The notes: a model not told the origin generated them from the sequence alone. A stretch of 57,003 nucleotides of DNA, filler included, from Platydemus manokwari (GCA_037951405.1; 6 parts of 6 records of this genome joined end to end with filler, not necessarily neighbours in it), one strand, 5' to 3'. Positions 9,628 to 23,901 are shown, counted from the whole stretch's first letter. Numbers and translations: made by a program.

Positions 9628-10522
9628 TATAAAAATTTTTTAATATTTTTCAAATTATCGATTATTTCATTAAATAAACATTTTGAGTATTTATTTATTA
9701 AATTTTGGGGTTCTGGTTATCTCGAGTAAAATATTCACTGAAATATTGTTAAATCTCAAATATAACTCGAAATAAAATTTTATTTCCCAACTAAACACAT
9801 CGTAAACCAAATTTTTTTTTCTTAAAAAACATATATTTTGTTTTAGTCTGAATATAGATAAACTTATTTTTGATTAGGCACCTCGCTCTTTTTATTCTAT
9901 AGGAATTTTAGTTAAAGAGTAAAACAAACTAAAATATATTTAAGGATAAACATAAGTGTCTTCATGATGCTGTTTCACAAGTCTCCGAGTCGGCTTATAA
10001 CAATAAAGATTTCTGTGATTGGTTCAAATGTTCATCTTCTTGGAGGTTTTCTATGTAGACTTTCCTCATTTCTCATTCGTATCTGTTAATTGTTCTTGGT
10101 TTTCAGTGATTTGTTATTGATTGGAAAGCTCGTGCCATGACGAATTTTTTTTAAATCAGCACGAGCTTTGTACCTTAAAAAACCGAATATGAATGTGATC
10201 TCGGGTTTGTCCAGAGCGATATTTGACAGGACTTTGCTATTATTCGGGTCCCAGGATCCAAGGAGATAAATGCAGATTATCTCCAGGCTGCTGTTGTATT
10301 ACGCGTGTCAAATACTCTCATTAGTCTTACGCCTATCTCAATGATGTTTATTTGCTCATTGAACCCATAAATTATATCGTTATAGCTTAAGACTCGAATA
10401 TAATCCAATATAAGTTTAAGAAAACTATTAATAGCTATCAGTATTAGTTATATAATTTTTTTATTTAGTTGACAATATTTTTTAATAATTTTAAATAAAA
10501 TATATTTCGAAATTTTATTTAG

Positions 10523-13500
10523 AACAAATTGTCGATTTTGTAATTATCCTGGCACTTTGTTTTACTCAGAAAACTTGCCTCCGAGTAAGTTAATCGATTT
10601 TTTCTCTGTGCTATCCTAGTCATTTATATGATTTAAAATTCTTGATCTATTGTTTGATGTATTTAGTGAAGTTTAAAATCGTTTGAAATGATATGAAGTA
10701 AGTTTTATATGGCTATTTTTTGATAATAAAATAATTTCCAGAATCTTTATTTTAAAACAGCACACATCTTACAGAAAATGTTTCTCATAAATTTGGTGAA
10801 GTATTTGTTAATATTGAGGAAACGAATATGTCAGAGTTTCTCAATCTTTTATACGCTCGAAGCACATTTTTCAAAAAGGGAAATTTTCTTAAATAAATGT
10901 AGCGAAAATGTTTTATTTATACTACTAATATTGTGTCTGAGTGACGCAAACAGTTCTTTAAATCAAATTAAAATATGAAAAATAGTTAAATAATTACCAA
11001 ACAAAATGTGCTTTCCTTCAAAATATTATAAATTACACGAAACCTTGATAGAAACCAAATGGACTGTTATTTGAAAAATTACAGCCATTGAGAAATGCAT
11101 GATCGATGCTGTTGTGTTATATCTGCTATACCAGATCCTTTTTCAAAATTAATCTTCCAAATTTTCCGATTTTGTTTGTTTTTTGTTTTTCTTTTCAGTA
11201 AGAAATACCAATACAAAAAACAGTAGAAAATTGCAGTCGCTCTTTCAAATGACTTTCGATATTTTTTTTCTGACTGAAATATTGAAACGAAATTCTCTGT
11301 GTTTTATTTTTAATTTCCGATCAGATAATGTGGAAGTCATTTTTTCCGCTTATTAAATAAAACAATTCTGATTTGAGGATAAACATTAGAATTTCTAATC
11401 AAGTCTCATTCTTATCAATCCCATTGTATGCCTTTTCGCATAATAATCTTGGCATAACAATGACGTGAGTTTTATAAGATTTCACTACACAATTGAAAAT
11501 TCCGCGCATATCATTTTAAAACACTGTATTTGATAAAAATAAAAATGATAATCGTAACTTGAAAAGAGGATTGTGAGAATTTTGTTACATTCATTGGATT
11601 TAGTTTGGTGTAATTAATTTTTCGTTATTTAACAAGAATACTAAATATTTGTATCGATTATGTAAGAGTCATGAAGATTTCCTGATTGAGTTATCGATAA
11701 TTGGAACAAATAGTTCATTGATATACTAGTTGCGTAGTGCTTTCTACTTTGATATTACCTCGAATCCGCTCAGTATTATCATTTATTATTTGCTCCTGGC
11801 CAGCTGTTGTAATTACAATTGGTTTCTTATCAGTTTATCTCTCTTACAAGCCCAAATGAATTATTTAGTGTCTTTTATAAATTATAATTGATGGGGTTTG
11901 TTAGATTTGATTATATCAATAATTAATTATCGATTATACCAAATTGTATTTTGTTTTAAAATAAATCTTTAAGTAAATTTATTGATCAGTTTCCCCATTA
12001 GAAACTTTACTCCCTGCAGTAACTAGGGCAGTGTAAATACAAAATATGATACAAATTACAGCAAAACAAATCAAAATAATATCATTTATTCCAAAATCCA
12101 TTTAATACAATTATATGATTGATTAAGTGCTGTGATCTAAAGATTTAAATACCAGTAACAATATCGAAGGGCCCTATGTGGTATCCAATTAGTTTTCGAA
12201 ATGTGTAAGACCTTGTCAGGTTATGATTTAAGAAAGATTGTAGATTTTCCTCATTTAAAGAATTTTACGAAATGATTATTTGTAAATATTAAAAATAAGG
12301 AAATTTTATTGATGTGTAGAATTAAATGAAATTGGCTTTCTATAATGACTTGGATATTTGGAAAATAACGAATTCGAATGAATAGTAATAAGTTATTTAC
12401 CCTTGGTGCCTGATATATGGACAGCTCTAAATATTTAGCACAATTCAGAGTTAATACAAAACATGAACACTTTTTAATTCTGATTTTGAATTTTCTTTAA
12501 TTACATGAATTTCTTGTCTAGCTATTCAATATGCGGAAATGAAAGTTGAATGGGAATTTCATTTATTAAAGCCACAATCTAATATCGTCAATCTGATTAG
12601 TGTTTGTTGCATTCTCCTGATACACATTATTCAATACTTTATTAAAATAATTAATTGTTAGAATTACTATTGATTTCTGTAATTTTCTTGTGAGTGATTA
12701 TTTACTTGAACTCAGATCGGACTTCAAACGATCTGTTGTGTTCCACGGGAAGGATATAATACAGATATAAATAATAACTTGTAAATAGCAATAACGCGAT
12801 GTAACCTAAAAAGTATATTATTAGAACAATGTGTAAACAATAAAATAGCAAATAGATAACAAATAGTTAGCAATCAATTACAAAGAGCTGGCGAAGTGTT
12901 TTGTTATTTAACCAGATAGTCCGACTCATGATACGGAATTAACCGTCCAATGAATAAAACTTACAGTAAAAATGGACAAAACGAAGATAATTTTAATTAG
13001 TATCGAATCTGTCGACACGATACGAAAATTTCACGAATTATGCTTGATTATACTTCGAATAGGGTGAATTTCTGATCGTGGTTGTAATTTCTGGGTAGTT
13101 GTTGAATCACGATTTACTGGCTCAGCAGTCTAACGTCTCTATTCAATCTGTTAGCAGATCTGATTCTAAGTGATTTTTTGGTAATTTCCTCTTACTGTTG
13201 TCATTCTTGTATACTGTTTTTCGTTACTTTTCAAGCCAAACGTGATTTTTCTATTTTTATATTTATGTAATCCTATTTTTAGCCGCTTATATTATTTGTT
13301 CTAAATGTGTAATTTTAAAATTCTGTTTTTACTTTTTGATCTATTTATAGGATTGCGTCATTCTTTTTATGAAATTTTGATATTATTATTTTCAATATTT
13401 TGTGGGCGTTATTTGTCAATGTGGGTTTATTGTGGGTCTCGATCCAAACGTTATTAATTGATTTTTTTGGTTTACCTATCAAAGCGACATTGGTTTAAGT

Positions 13501-16192
13501 CCAAATTGGTTCAAATCCAACTATGATACAATTGTGGATTCGAGATCATATGGAAACTGATGAGTGGTAAGAACCTTGAAACGGTATATTGTGATATTGG
13601 ATGAATTGATCAGTAAACCATAGTAACACATTTTTATTAAATTATATTTAAAATATTTTGAATACTTTTTTCACAATCTGATGACACAGATGTTTAACAT
13701 AACGTGATAATTTATGTCAAGATATTTAAATTGTAGACTCGCCTTGTAGCAGCACCATTGTACACATTCGATGTTATTGTTGCCAACGTTACATTCCAGT
13801 TATTCCTGGAACAAAATGCCAGAATTGTGACAAGCACTCATGTTCTTTGTTATTTGGTGATTGCACCGGATGTGAATCGGGATGCTTGTTTACATTTAAA
13901 GGTAATGATTCATTTTATTTAAAATGGGTGTTACTGGAACCCAAGTTCTGCTACATTCAATTCAAGTAACTTACTTTTGAGTGTTATTAGTTTCACTGTT
14001 GCGAATTAAAGAATTAATTCATCGTGTTTCTCTGTAAAACGAAAACTCATAAAAATTTAACAATAGTTTTAACAGTGTTATTATTTCATTATCTTGAATA
14101 TTTCTCCTGTAATTGTATAAAATGTTAAGCAAAAACTAATAGCACACAATAATAGCATTTAATTTTTTTCTAATGATTATGTTATTTCTCAACAGCTATT
14201 ATTTCAGATTACGTTCTCAATCCTGATTTAAATAATTCTTCGCAAGTGCCTCAATTCATACCTGATAACTTTTACGAAACCAACCTTCTCAGGGTAAATT
14301 TAACTGTAAAATATACGGATTATTTCATTATTGATAATTTATTGAGAAGTATTTATGATCCATTATATCAAGACGTTCTTGTATCTCTTAAATCGATGAA
14401 CGAATGTATAAAATTAGAAATTCAATTTTGATTTGTTGATGAACGAGCGTTACTTCGCTGTACTCGAATTTAACATTATTCTGAGTCGATTTATCAATAG
14501 AAAACGAGCAAGGTGCATTTCAGTGTGTTATGTTACTAGTTCGGATCAGTCATTATTTTTATTGTTAAATCAGTGATACCATTTTAAAACAAATTTTTAT
14601 TTGAGACCCTCGAGTTTGTTTTCATTTCCATCTTTATTCCATTAATCATATTTTTGGAGCACTAATCAACTGGAATGAAGACAGTGATATAATATTTTTG
14701 ATAATGGTTTTGTCTGTTGTTAAAATAACTCATCCAAATAAATGATTTATAATTTTTTTAACCGATTATTCGAGAAAATCGAAGAGTGAAATTAAACAGA
14801 TCAAATTGAACTTCACACTAATCTAATTAATTTAAACATCTTTACAAAATCGATTACCTACCGGAATTATCTAATGCTTGATTGACTTGAATTCACTTCA
14901 ATTTTTTTCTGGGACTCTCGAGCCTTCGTCTGACTGATCATTTTTAAATGTGATTCAACCAATGAAATTGAATCCTGCTCATTCAGTACTTATCCAAATA
15001 AATTTATCATTAATCTGTTGGTATACATGTCATTTTCATCATGATAATTCTGAAATATATTGAGTACATACGATTTTTGACGATGTGTTTATAATATTAT
15101 CGGATAAGTCATTTTAAGAAATGAATCTATTGTACTGGTACTAGTTATTTTTATGGTGGTTTGTTAAATACACTCAAGTGAGAATTAATATTAAAACTAC
15201 CGGTGATCAAAATTAAAATTATTAAAAAACTTTTTTGAAACTAAGTGGAAATATTGTTTTTAATATTTTTGAAGTAATTCTTAAATTCTCTGTGAATGTA
15301 AATATTTGATGAATATCAAGATTTCGTAGAATTTTACGATGAGAGAATTTCTCGTAAGGAATAATCTTGTCATTCTTTGATTGCAACGGAATTTTTTAGC
15401 TAGGAATCTTTTTGTATAAAATATTCATATTATTTATAATGTCAATTCGAAATAGGTTTGGTGCAAGCATTGAAAAATTTTGGAATAAATAAAGAAAGGC
15501 AATGCGATAAAAGCGAGAACAATTAAGTCATTACATGTTGTTAGGGTTATAATAAGTTGTTTGTTAAATGAACGACTGATGTAGAGGTCTGAGCACCCCG
15601 ACTGTATTTCAATAAACTGTGCTATAATTTTCATCAAAAGAAAATCGTTCGTTTAATGTTTGATGAATATCAGATTTCGAGTATCCAAATCTTCTCGATC
15701 TTCTTTCTGTAATAGCTAAAATTCTATCCAGATATGGTTTTTCATAATAAATGAGATCGAGAACATATGTTTTTAATTATTATAATAATGATTTTATCTC
15801 ATCGCTTTTATTTGACCATCATGTATACTTTTGATAAAACACTACCATATTTCGAAACCAAACTGCTTTAACGTACTTCATTTCAGAATTACTTAATCAG
15901 CAACAATTTGACCGTTTTCAACATGTTTTCCCAATGTCTTAATAAGCTTAACAATAAAGAGATTCGTTTGGCCAATGGTATCGACGATACGTCTTCTCTT
16001 TGTGCACCTTGTTCCAAAAAAACAATATTGGATATGGTTTACGAATATTATGTGTCGATTCCAAAATCGAATTTTCCAAGAGAAGCCAGTTCGAGACGAG
16101 ATTGCTATTATGGTAGAAATTGTAGGACACAGCGTCATCGAGAAATGCATTGTTTGAAATATAATCATGCATGTCCACAGACGAGATTTTAA
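10523..16192 (+). CDS. CHFR: E3 ubiquitin ligase CHFR-like, 3' part (Cys-rich domain + PAR-binding zinc finger); exons 10523-10584, 13737-13901, 14208-14293, 15887-16192
   Basis: Phase-compatible GT-AG exons give TNCRFCNYP...NSPCSSTIVHIRCYCCQRYIP...KCQNCDKHSCSLLFGDCTGCESGCLFTFKDYV...NFYETNLLRNYLISNNLT...LCAPC...RRDCYYGRNCRTQRHREMHCLKYNHACPQTRF*, matching the CHFR C-terminus (DCYWGRNCRTQ...HICEQTRF). FHA and RING exons were not found; the contig starts at 9628. Confidence 0.88.
13000..13450 (-). repeat. LTR-like dispersed repeat, copy 2 (in CHFR intron)
   Basis: Reverse complement is colinear with ~2700-2870. Boundaries approximate. Confidence 0.55.
13737..13901 (+). CDS. CHFR: CHFR Cys-rich domain exon
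   Basis: ttgtag| ... g|gtaatg; 165 nt, phase 1-1; HIRCYCC...CQNC...C...C...C...GCL. Confidence 0.85.
15887..16192 (+). CDS. CHFR: CHFR terminal exon with PBZ motif
   Basis: tttcag| then NYLISNNLTVFNMF...DCYYGRNCRTQ...HACPQTRF*. Confidence 0.9.
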   Translation, partial: NYLISNNLTVFNMFSQCLNKLNNKEIRLANGIDDTSSLCAPCSKKTILDMVYEYYVSIPKSNFPREASSRRDCYYGRNCRTQRHREMHCLKYNHACPQTRF

Positions 16193-16631
16193 TTATTGGT
16201 ATTAAAATGAAAAACGAAAATATTTTTATATCGTGTACCTATTTATTAATATTTGATTATTTTAGCCATTCTTGTAATTTCTAAAGTTTGTATTTCAAAT
16301 TTCTTTATGATCATCGAATAAGTAGCTAAATTGTCGTATTTTTTCGAATAAATGTCGTACTTTAATATTAATAAATCGATTAAATTCCCATTGGTTATTG
16401 ACAATTGACTTAAAACTGTTGTGTGTTATATTATGAATTATAATTTTAACTTAATAAAATAAAAATCACTATGATAATTTGTGAAATTTAAAAATAAATA
16501 TTTATAAATCATCTGTGTTATTGAAAATAAATGTGTAAAACAATTAAAATCTTTAGAAAAAATGCTTATTTTTCGAAAACAAACCACGAAATTGAAAAAA
16601 TGTTTTGTTTTACCAAACTTGTATATTAGCT

Positions 16632-16905
16632 TGTTCGGCTGAAGTTAAAAAAGGGTCCTAAAATAAAATTTTTATTTGTGGAGTGTATTGCAAAAATTTA
16701 TATAGCTTATTTAATTAAATTCTTTAATAACATTTTGAAATTTTTATTTAAGTGCTTGAAAAAAATTTTGGTTGTTTATAATCAAATATTAAATACCCTG
16801 AATTTTTAAAATTTACTAAAAATCAATTATTTGAATAAAAGTCAAAGTAGGTCAAAATGCAGTTAATTGAAAATTAGCGAGAACCCCTTTTTAACATTAG
16901 AAGCA
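16632..16905. mobile_element. Possible MITE (imperfect terminal inverted repeats)
   Basis: GTTAAAAAAGGGTCCT (~16644) versus AGAACCCCTTTTTAAC (~16880) flank an AT-rich ~230-nt core. Confidence 0.35.
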
Positions 16906-17387
16906 AATGGAACTATATCTAAGATTTTTAGAGTTATTTTATAAAAAAATGACTTCGGAATCATTGATGAGTGCACGGAACTAGGTTCTTGTACTTTCTC
17001 TCAAAATCAGTATATTTATCTATTTAACATATTGGATACATAGATATGAAACCTGTCGACACTGTAATGAAATGAAGATTTCATCCAAATCAAATAAATA
17101 GTACAGGTGGAGATGCTACAAATATATAAGAAGCTTAGAAACTGTAATTGGGTTTAACAATTTGGCCTTGTTCTTTTCGACATTTGAATAAGGTATTTTC
17201 CGTGCACTGGATTCACACAAAACGTACATAAGCAAAATGGCCTCCTTAAGCAAACCAACAATGAACAAATATTAACAATTTTATTAAAATAGAACTAAGA
17301 ATTTAAAATAATTTATTAAGGTACAAAATTTGTGAGTTTTGAATAAATACACACCCATGAATAAATAGCTTGGCATATAAAAACAAT

Positions 17388-17558
17388 GGGAGGTTGAAAT
17401 ATCGTCTTAGATATTGATGAGGCCTATCTTTGGAGTAGATGGCAAACATAATAACGGACGTCGAAAACACTCTATTTGTGCTTCTGTAATACTGAAGAGA
17501 TACAGTAAGATTGGCTTCCTATTTATAAATTGCAACCAAAGCATATCGACTTTAAAAG
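17388..17558 (+). mobile_element. Merlin/IS1595-like transposase remnant
   Basis: GG*NIVLDIDEAYL/[fs]GVDGKHNNGRRKHSICASVILKRYSKIGFLFINCNQSISTLK resembles the Merlin motif GG...V.IDE....KYNRGR......V....ER.....F.....R...TL. Confidence 0.65.
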
Positions 17559-19409
17559 TAATAAATATAAATTAATTAGAAATTTTATATTTAAAATGAT
17601 AATTTTATTTAACTGTATGTTTGTAAAACCATAATAAGGATTGTTAGTTAATTTTCCCTTTTTCATCTAAAATTGAATTTCAAGTAATAATTTCATTAAA
17701 TTATAATTAAAAAATAAATTTCTATGTTAAATTATGTACGAAAATATATTACATTGAAATTAGGTCAAAAAATCCTTTTTAGTAATTTAAGTCGCTTTTT
17801 TGATAACACTATCGTGCACTCAAATACTGAAAATTTGTATTTTTCAATTCAAATCAATTGGGTTTTTCATAGATTGAAAATGTTCTTAGACATCCTAGAA
17901 TAAGATGGTGATTAGAGGATTATAAGCGGACAAAAAACGAAGCCATTTGAAAAGTCATAGCCCCATACAAATCAATAAATAAATACTCCCCGTATTGGAT
18001 GGAAGGACAAATGATGAACAAGCCATGAAACATGTTAGTAAGAGATGCCAAACAAGTATGCCCAAATATTCAACAGCTAATCGGGGATATAGACCTATAA
18101 TGACAGTAATAATCATTAACAATAGCTTTAATCAACACGGGCAGAAGCATCAATGATAAGAAAAGAATTGTTCAATGAATCCAATCAAACAAGTTTAGTA
18201 AAATCTAATGATGTTCTTGTAAGAGCGTGAGGAAAGAAAACGAGAAAATTTAAAATAAACGTAGTTTTTGAAATTGATAAATAAATCATGACGGATTTAG
18301 TGATATACTTATACTGTTGGATCTATTAGGTCAATTATCGAGAGCAGTATTGTATTTAACAACATAAGAATTCTCTATGCTGGAATTTATTTTGATAGAG
18401 AAATTCTTTGCAGATAAATTCATTATAGTAGAGAAATTATTGATGATTAAATTTATTCTCTGTGCTATAATAACGATTTTATGCCATAATTTATTAAGAG
18501 CAATAATAAATGACCAGTGATTTGTATGATTTAATCAGTGTATTTTAAGAAAATTTTTAATATATTTTATTTAATGAGTTTTATTCATGTATGCTGGATT
18601 CTTTCGATATACTGTTTATTATTTTGGATTAAATCATATATTTATTTAGTTATATTTCCTTTCTTTCCATTATATTCCAAAAGCTGTATAAACATAAATA
18701 AGTTGATAATATGTCATTTACTAAACACAGTCCATTTACATCAAACACAAGGTTAATTGTCATATTGTTGTTTTTAATAAGCACTTCAAATTATTTATAA
18801 TCAATAGGCCCAACATATGTGAAAAAATGTTTAGATTGCAATATGTGATTTTACAATAGTTCTTACTCACTTCGGCAAGGCTAGTTGATAATCCTAAATG
18901 GCAATGATTTTACAATAAAATTACTGTTTATATATCCTCTCACTTCACACATACTCGAGCTTGATACGGAATACAATCGAATTATTTGGTGATAACTTCT
19001 CAATGCCCTTTAAGGGGTTTTATAACTAGAGGCTACTGATATTAATAATCTATTTATACTCTTCTTAATATTATCATTTTACTCATTATCCAGGATAATT
19101 CTAAAGGGTTTCCAATCACCATTGTGGCTATGTGCTTGTTAAATCCATTCAATTTTGTTAATTGGAAAATTTTGAGGGTTGATAAAATTGAATGTGGGTT
19201 GTTTTCCATTTTAATGTTGGTCAGTTCAGGATATTTTTAAGTAAACTTGTTTTTGTATCTTTTGTTTCATGTATTGCGTCAGTTAAGTGTCTGTTTATAT
19301 CTATAATATAGTTTCATGAATAAATTTACAACTTTTGTTACATTAACAACCACTCTTGCCTCCCCACGCCACTGGCCAATGGCTCATTTTGAAGTTCTGC
19401 AGTAAGTCT

Positions 19410-19650
19410 CTCTTTGTCTCTGTTGATACATCAACACATCAGAATAGATCAAAGTCCTACCCAATCCAAATAATTGCTCACTTGTTATTCTGATTGTGTA
19501 TGCATTGAACAACACAGGTGACAATAGTAAACCTTGAGAAAGACATGGTGTATACAGTAGCTGTGAGCTGAGTTACAGATGAGCTACATTTAAAACATAT
19601 TTTTCTCTGCAAAAAAGCTCAAGTTATCCATTTAATGAAGAATGGGATGA
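19410..19650 (-). mobile_element. Non-LTR (LINE) reverse transcriptase remnant
   Basis: FFIKWIT*AFLQRKI ... CLSQGLLLSPVLFNAYT...RTLIYSDV, a degenerate PQGSVLSPxLFNxY...YADD. Confidence 0.75.
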
Positions 19651-19659
19651 TCTGAAGTT

Positions 19660-19759
19660 NNNNNNNNNNNNNNNNNNNNNNNNNNNNNNNNNNNNNNNNN
19701 NNNTTAATTAATTAANNNNNNNNNNNNNNNNNNNNNNNNNNNNNNNNNNNNNNNNNNNN
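19660..19759. other. Artificial contig-joining linker
   Basis: 44 N + TTAATTAATTAA + 44 N. Confidence 0.97.
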
Positions 19760-22700
19760 GTGATATTGAAAGAAATAAATTGCTTCGGTTTCATAAATTA
19801 TATTTAATAGTTTCGTCTAAAGGAACACAACCCGAATGAAAGAAATAACGCTTTCACATAAGTCAATTACAATGGGTGATAATTTTGTATTTAGTAATGT
19901 AATCGTATCTAGAATATCAATTTTGAATATCTTACTTAAATTTACAAACAAAAAGGACTATTATTACTGTCCATTTTTTAATTAAAAAGTTATAAATTAT
20001 CTTTCCATTGATTAAATTTATTTAGAAGATCTTATCTATTTATATAGGCCCTGGTGATTTAGTTAGAAAATTAGTAAAATACCACTTCTACTTTCGATTC
20101 GATATATTTAGAAATAAGCTATTTTAATGTTAAAAGAGAGAAACAACATGACTCAATATTTGGTTTTTAATATAGTTTAAGTGTTAACTTTTCAAATTTA
20201 ATGTAATGTCAAAAATCTCTTATCTACATTTTTAATTGATTTCTTTTGGTTCAAATCCATATATAGTGAAATGTAAATTTTTCATCATAATTCATTTCTG
20301 GAATTAAAAAAACCCTGCAAATTTAATTTAGCTATGGAGAACCATCAGATCCATACCGAGAGTACAACTTGGCAAATAATTAAAAACAATAAGCACACCT
20401 TTTTTAAAATAAAAGATAAACAAAATGAAGTTGTTCAATAAAAATATGCATAAAAATTTTTAAATTTGTTTTATCACATCAAAATTTATTGACGCGAAGG
20501 TCACTACAAAAATTGCATCAAAACCTAAAAATAGAAATCGCGTCATGTTCGAAAATAGAATAACAATAAAATAACTACTGAAGATAACTACTTGGACTAA
20601 GAATAGTAACATATTCATAACACAAACAAAAAATAGTGACACATGCTACTAAACATGGAATGTTACTATTTATAGCGACATGGCACATAAAACACATATA
20701 CATGACAGGAATTGAAATAATATATAAACAATCAGGAACATTTCTGATTGACTACTTTCATTGTTCAAATACGAATTATTATTGCACTGAAAAAATTTTT
20801 AATCTACGAGATTATGCATTTCTTTTATTAATTTATAGAAGCTACCAGTTTATTCAATTAATTTTAAAAAGCGTTCCAGTTATCCAATCTGATTGAAGCA
20901 ATAAGTAAATATTTTATTGTTAAAATAATTAACTTCAGACCTATGGGTAACATTAGCCTTGTGATCTTTTAAAATCTAATAAGAAATTTATACTTGGTTC
21001 CAAACTTTATTTTTGTCAGAGGCTTGTCCGAGCACCTAAGCGGCATGCTCTTTACTTTAATCTTGAGGTTTCTGTGCTTAAACAATATCATTATATTTCA
21101 TCTTCTAGATTTGTATATTTTATGTCAATTAATCGAATATATTTTATTGTTTTACATTTACTATTTTATTCTTTATATTTATATTTTAAATATTATCTTT
21201 TTTATTATCAACCGAGGATTTATCAGCTGCAACAACTTTATCTATTAGAGTCCAGATAAGTTAAAGATTTTTAATAAACTCTTCTGATATAGACGATTGA
21301 ATCAATATATTTTTACAAATTGTAGATTGGTACTTTGGACTTTAGTTATCGACCATCTTATAAAAATTATCAAAATCCTTAATATTGGCTATAAAATGTT
21401 GGTGAAGAAGAAGTACGGGTTAAGGATCAATAAAGATATAATGGACCATAGGAAGTGACATGAAAAAATCATGAAGAAGTTATCAATTACATGGTGAATT
21501 TATTTCAGTTAAAACAAGGAATGAGGAAAAGATAAAATATTTTAAAATTGGGATGTGAGAAATATAAAAGAACTAATAAGTATTTTTAAAAGATAAGGAA
21601 TTTTATATTAGGAAATTTATATTAAAATTATCTAAAAAATTTTTCATTAAAAGGTATTGATATTCTTGTAATAAATTTTCTATTTCTGATCATTACGTAC
21701 ATTATTTAAACTTTTATTGAAAGTATTTCAACTTGTTTAGATAATTTGTTTATTGGGAATGTATATTCTACTTAATGTCTTAATGGTGAGTTAAATAATT
21801 CTGATAATTTAAATAATATAGCTGCATATAACAATATTAAACAGTGATTTTCTCCAGAAATAAACCTTCATTTGATGAGGTAATTCAACAATATTGAAAA
21901 TAAGCACAAAGACAGAAAACGATTTTGTTTGAAAGCAGGAAATATCGGAATGGTCGACATAAATTTTAAATCTTAATATTCTTAGTCATGTTATTAATTC
22001 TCTGTTTCAAAGGCATAGGATGTTCATTAATGGTTTATGATTGCACTAAAAATGGATTAGGCAAAACATATTACTTATTGAAAATATCTGAATGCCGAGA
22101 TGCTTATCCCGTAAATCTAACAACCTAAATAAAATATTCAAATTCTGCAAAACTGTTGAATCTGGTCTAACATACGATGGGAAAATCAAGTTTTTTCTCA
22201 AAGCAAGTTATTTTAGAGAAATAAGTGTTGAACAATTCGAAACACAAGTGCAACATTTTTTTCAAAATGAATATCTAAAACGAGAAACAAATCGATATCA
22301 TTTAATAAAGGAAATACGCATTTGGTTTTGACGTGAACAATCACCGATGATGATTAAGAATCTATTATAATTAGAGAAATGTTTTCCAAAGTAATTATAA
22401 AAGATTACGAGCACATAAGATTCAAATCGAAGAAGCAATGGGAAATGTGCACAGTGCCGACACTTAATATTTTAGCAATAACTTAGATTTCATCCCAGTC
22501 AAGGAAAATTACCAAGTATATATCAAGAAATTATATTTAACTGTCTCAAATACTCAAAAATCCAAATTTGGTAGCCACAAAATTAGTAACAAATAATTGA
22601 GTACTTCGCAGAATTAACAAATCAAATCGTCAGTCATATTAAAATGGAAACTTCGTTTCATGGAAATAGTAACTAGAATTACACTTAAAGAAACAATGAA

Positions 22701-22919
22701 ACTGAAACAGCACGAATGTAATGCAAAAATACCACCTTAATTCAATATCATTGCCTAAAAAATCTTAAAAATCCAACCGGAGAAAATGAAAACTGCACAG
22801 ATCAAATTACTAAACCATTTTTTCTTCGAAAGATTTGTTCCGAACAAAAATAAAAGCAGTTACAACGGAATTAGCTGAAGCAATTGACCCAAACTGAGTA
22901 CATGATCAAATTATTATTA

Positions 22920-23600
22920 ATTATTGACACCAAATCACATACGAAACAGAAAAGACTTGTGGTAGATTTATACTCTGCTCCAATGTGTACCAAATTGACT
23001 GGTATTGACTGACGACAATCATTAAATAAATGCTAACTGTCTTTATAAAATCGAACGACGCTGATCTAAAGGTATATATTACTAGCCATTTTTCATAATT
23101 AACCGTCACGCACAAATATTTATTCACACGCATTGATAATAAAGACACCCATACATCAAAATATAGGATGTACAAAGTTCTTTCCTTCGATATTTCTATG
23201 CATCACAGTTCACTAGTTCAATCATAAAATCAATTAAACGTTTAAATCAATTATATCTCCGCTTTCCAATCACTCTTGCCTGGAGTATCCTTCTTCTTCT
23301 CCTATTTTTAAAGCTGCCTTTGTTGCTATCCTCTTTCCTATGTGGAACCTCCATTGCAAAAAGCTCGCATTTATATTCGATTTCATTCAAGCAAGAGCTA
23401 TTTCCTTAATCATCTCCAGTTTCTTTAGGACTATATTGTTGATTTGTGCTTGCCAAGTTAAGAGAACTACTACAACAAAAGTGAACAGTTCCACAGTCTA
23501 TTCAGACAGCTTTTTATATCTCATTTCGGAGGTCCGAGTATTTTTATATATTCTTTTGAGTTGTTGCGGCATTGACGCAGATTCGCAGCGAAAACGAGAA
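22920..23600 (-). mobile_element. Possible LINE RT remnant nested in the LTR-like element
   Basis: Minus-strand VSLLSMRVNK resembles the LINE YRxISLLS..K region; heavily decayed. Confidence 0.3.
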
Positions 23601-23901
23601 ATCACATTCGACAATTTCATTAGTTGAATGAGATCAATATATGTCAAGATTAACTGAAATCTCTTTTAAAGAATATCAAGAAACTTGTGCATCTGGTTTA
23701 TCGACCTCTTTAATCGTATAAAAACCCCACAATGTTATCCACTAAGAATTGAATGAAATCAAATCAACTGGAAATCAGAAATTAAAAACTAAAAAACCAG
23801 TAATAAATTGTGAAGATTGTAGATAAAATTGATTAGGATTATCAACCTCTCATGCCTCCAATGACAATATCATGACGCCGAGAACACTTAAATATAAATA
23901 A

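Noticed and set aside
10137-10190. SECIS element (ATGA-N12-AAA...GA)
   Set aside because: Helix II pairing is poor, a stronger competing hairpin exists, and it is not in an evident selenoprotein 3' UTR.
4806-16192. UBL array plus CHFR E3 as a dedicated conjugation gene cluster
   Set aside because: Separated by the linker at 9528-9627; CHFR is a conserved gene and no E1 or E2 is seen.
18538-21259. Short hydrophobic I/L/F/Y-rich ORFs as membrane peptides (also 3638, 10778, 35786, 47464, 50206)
   Set aside because: This composition is expected from random AT-rich DNA; no splice or homology support.
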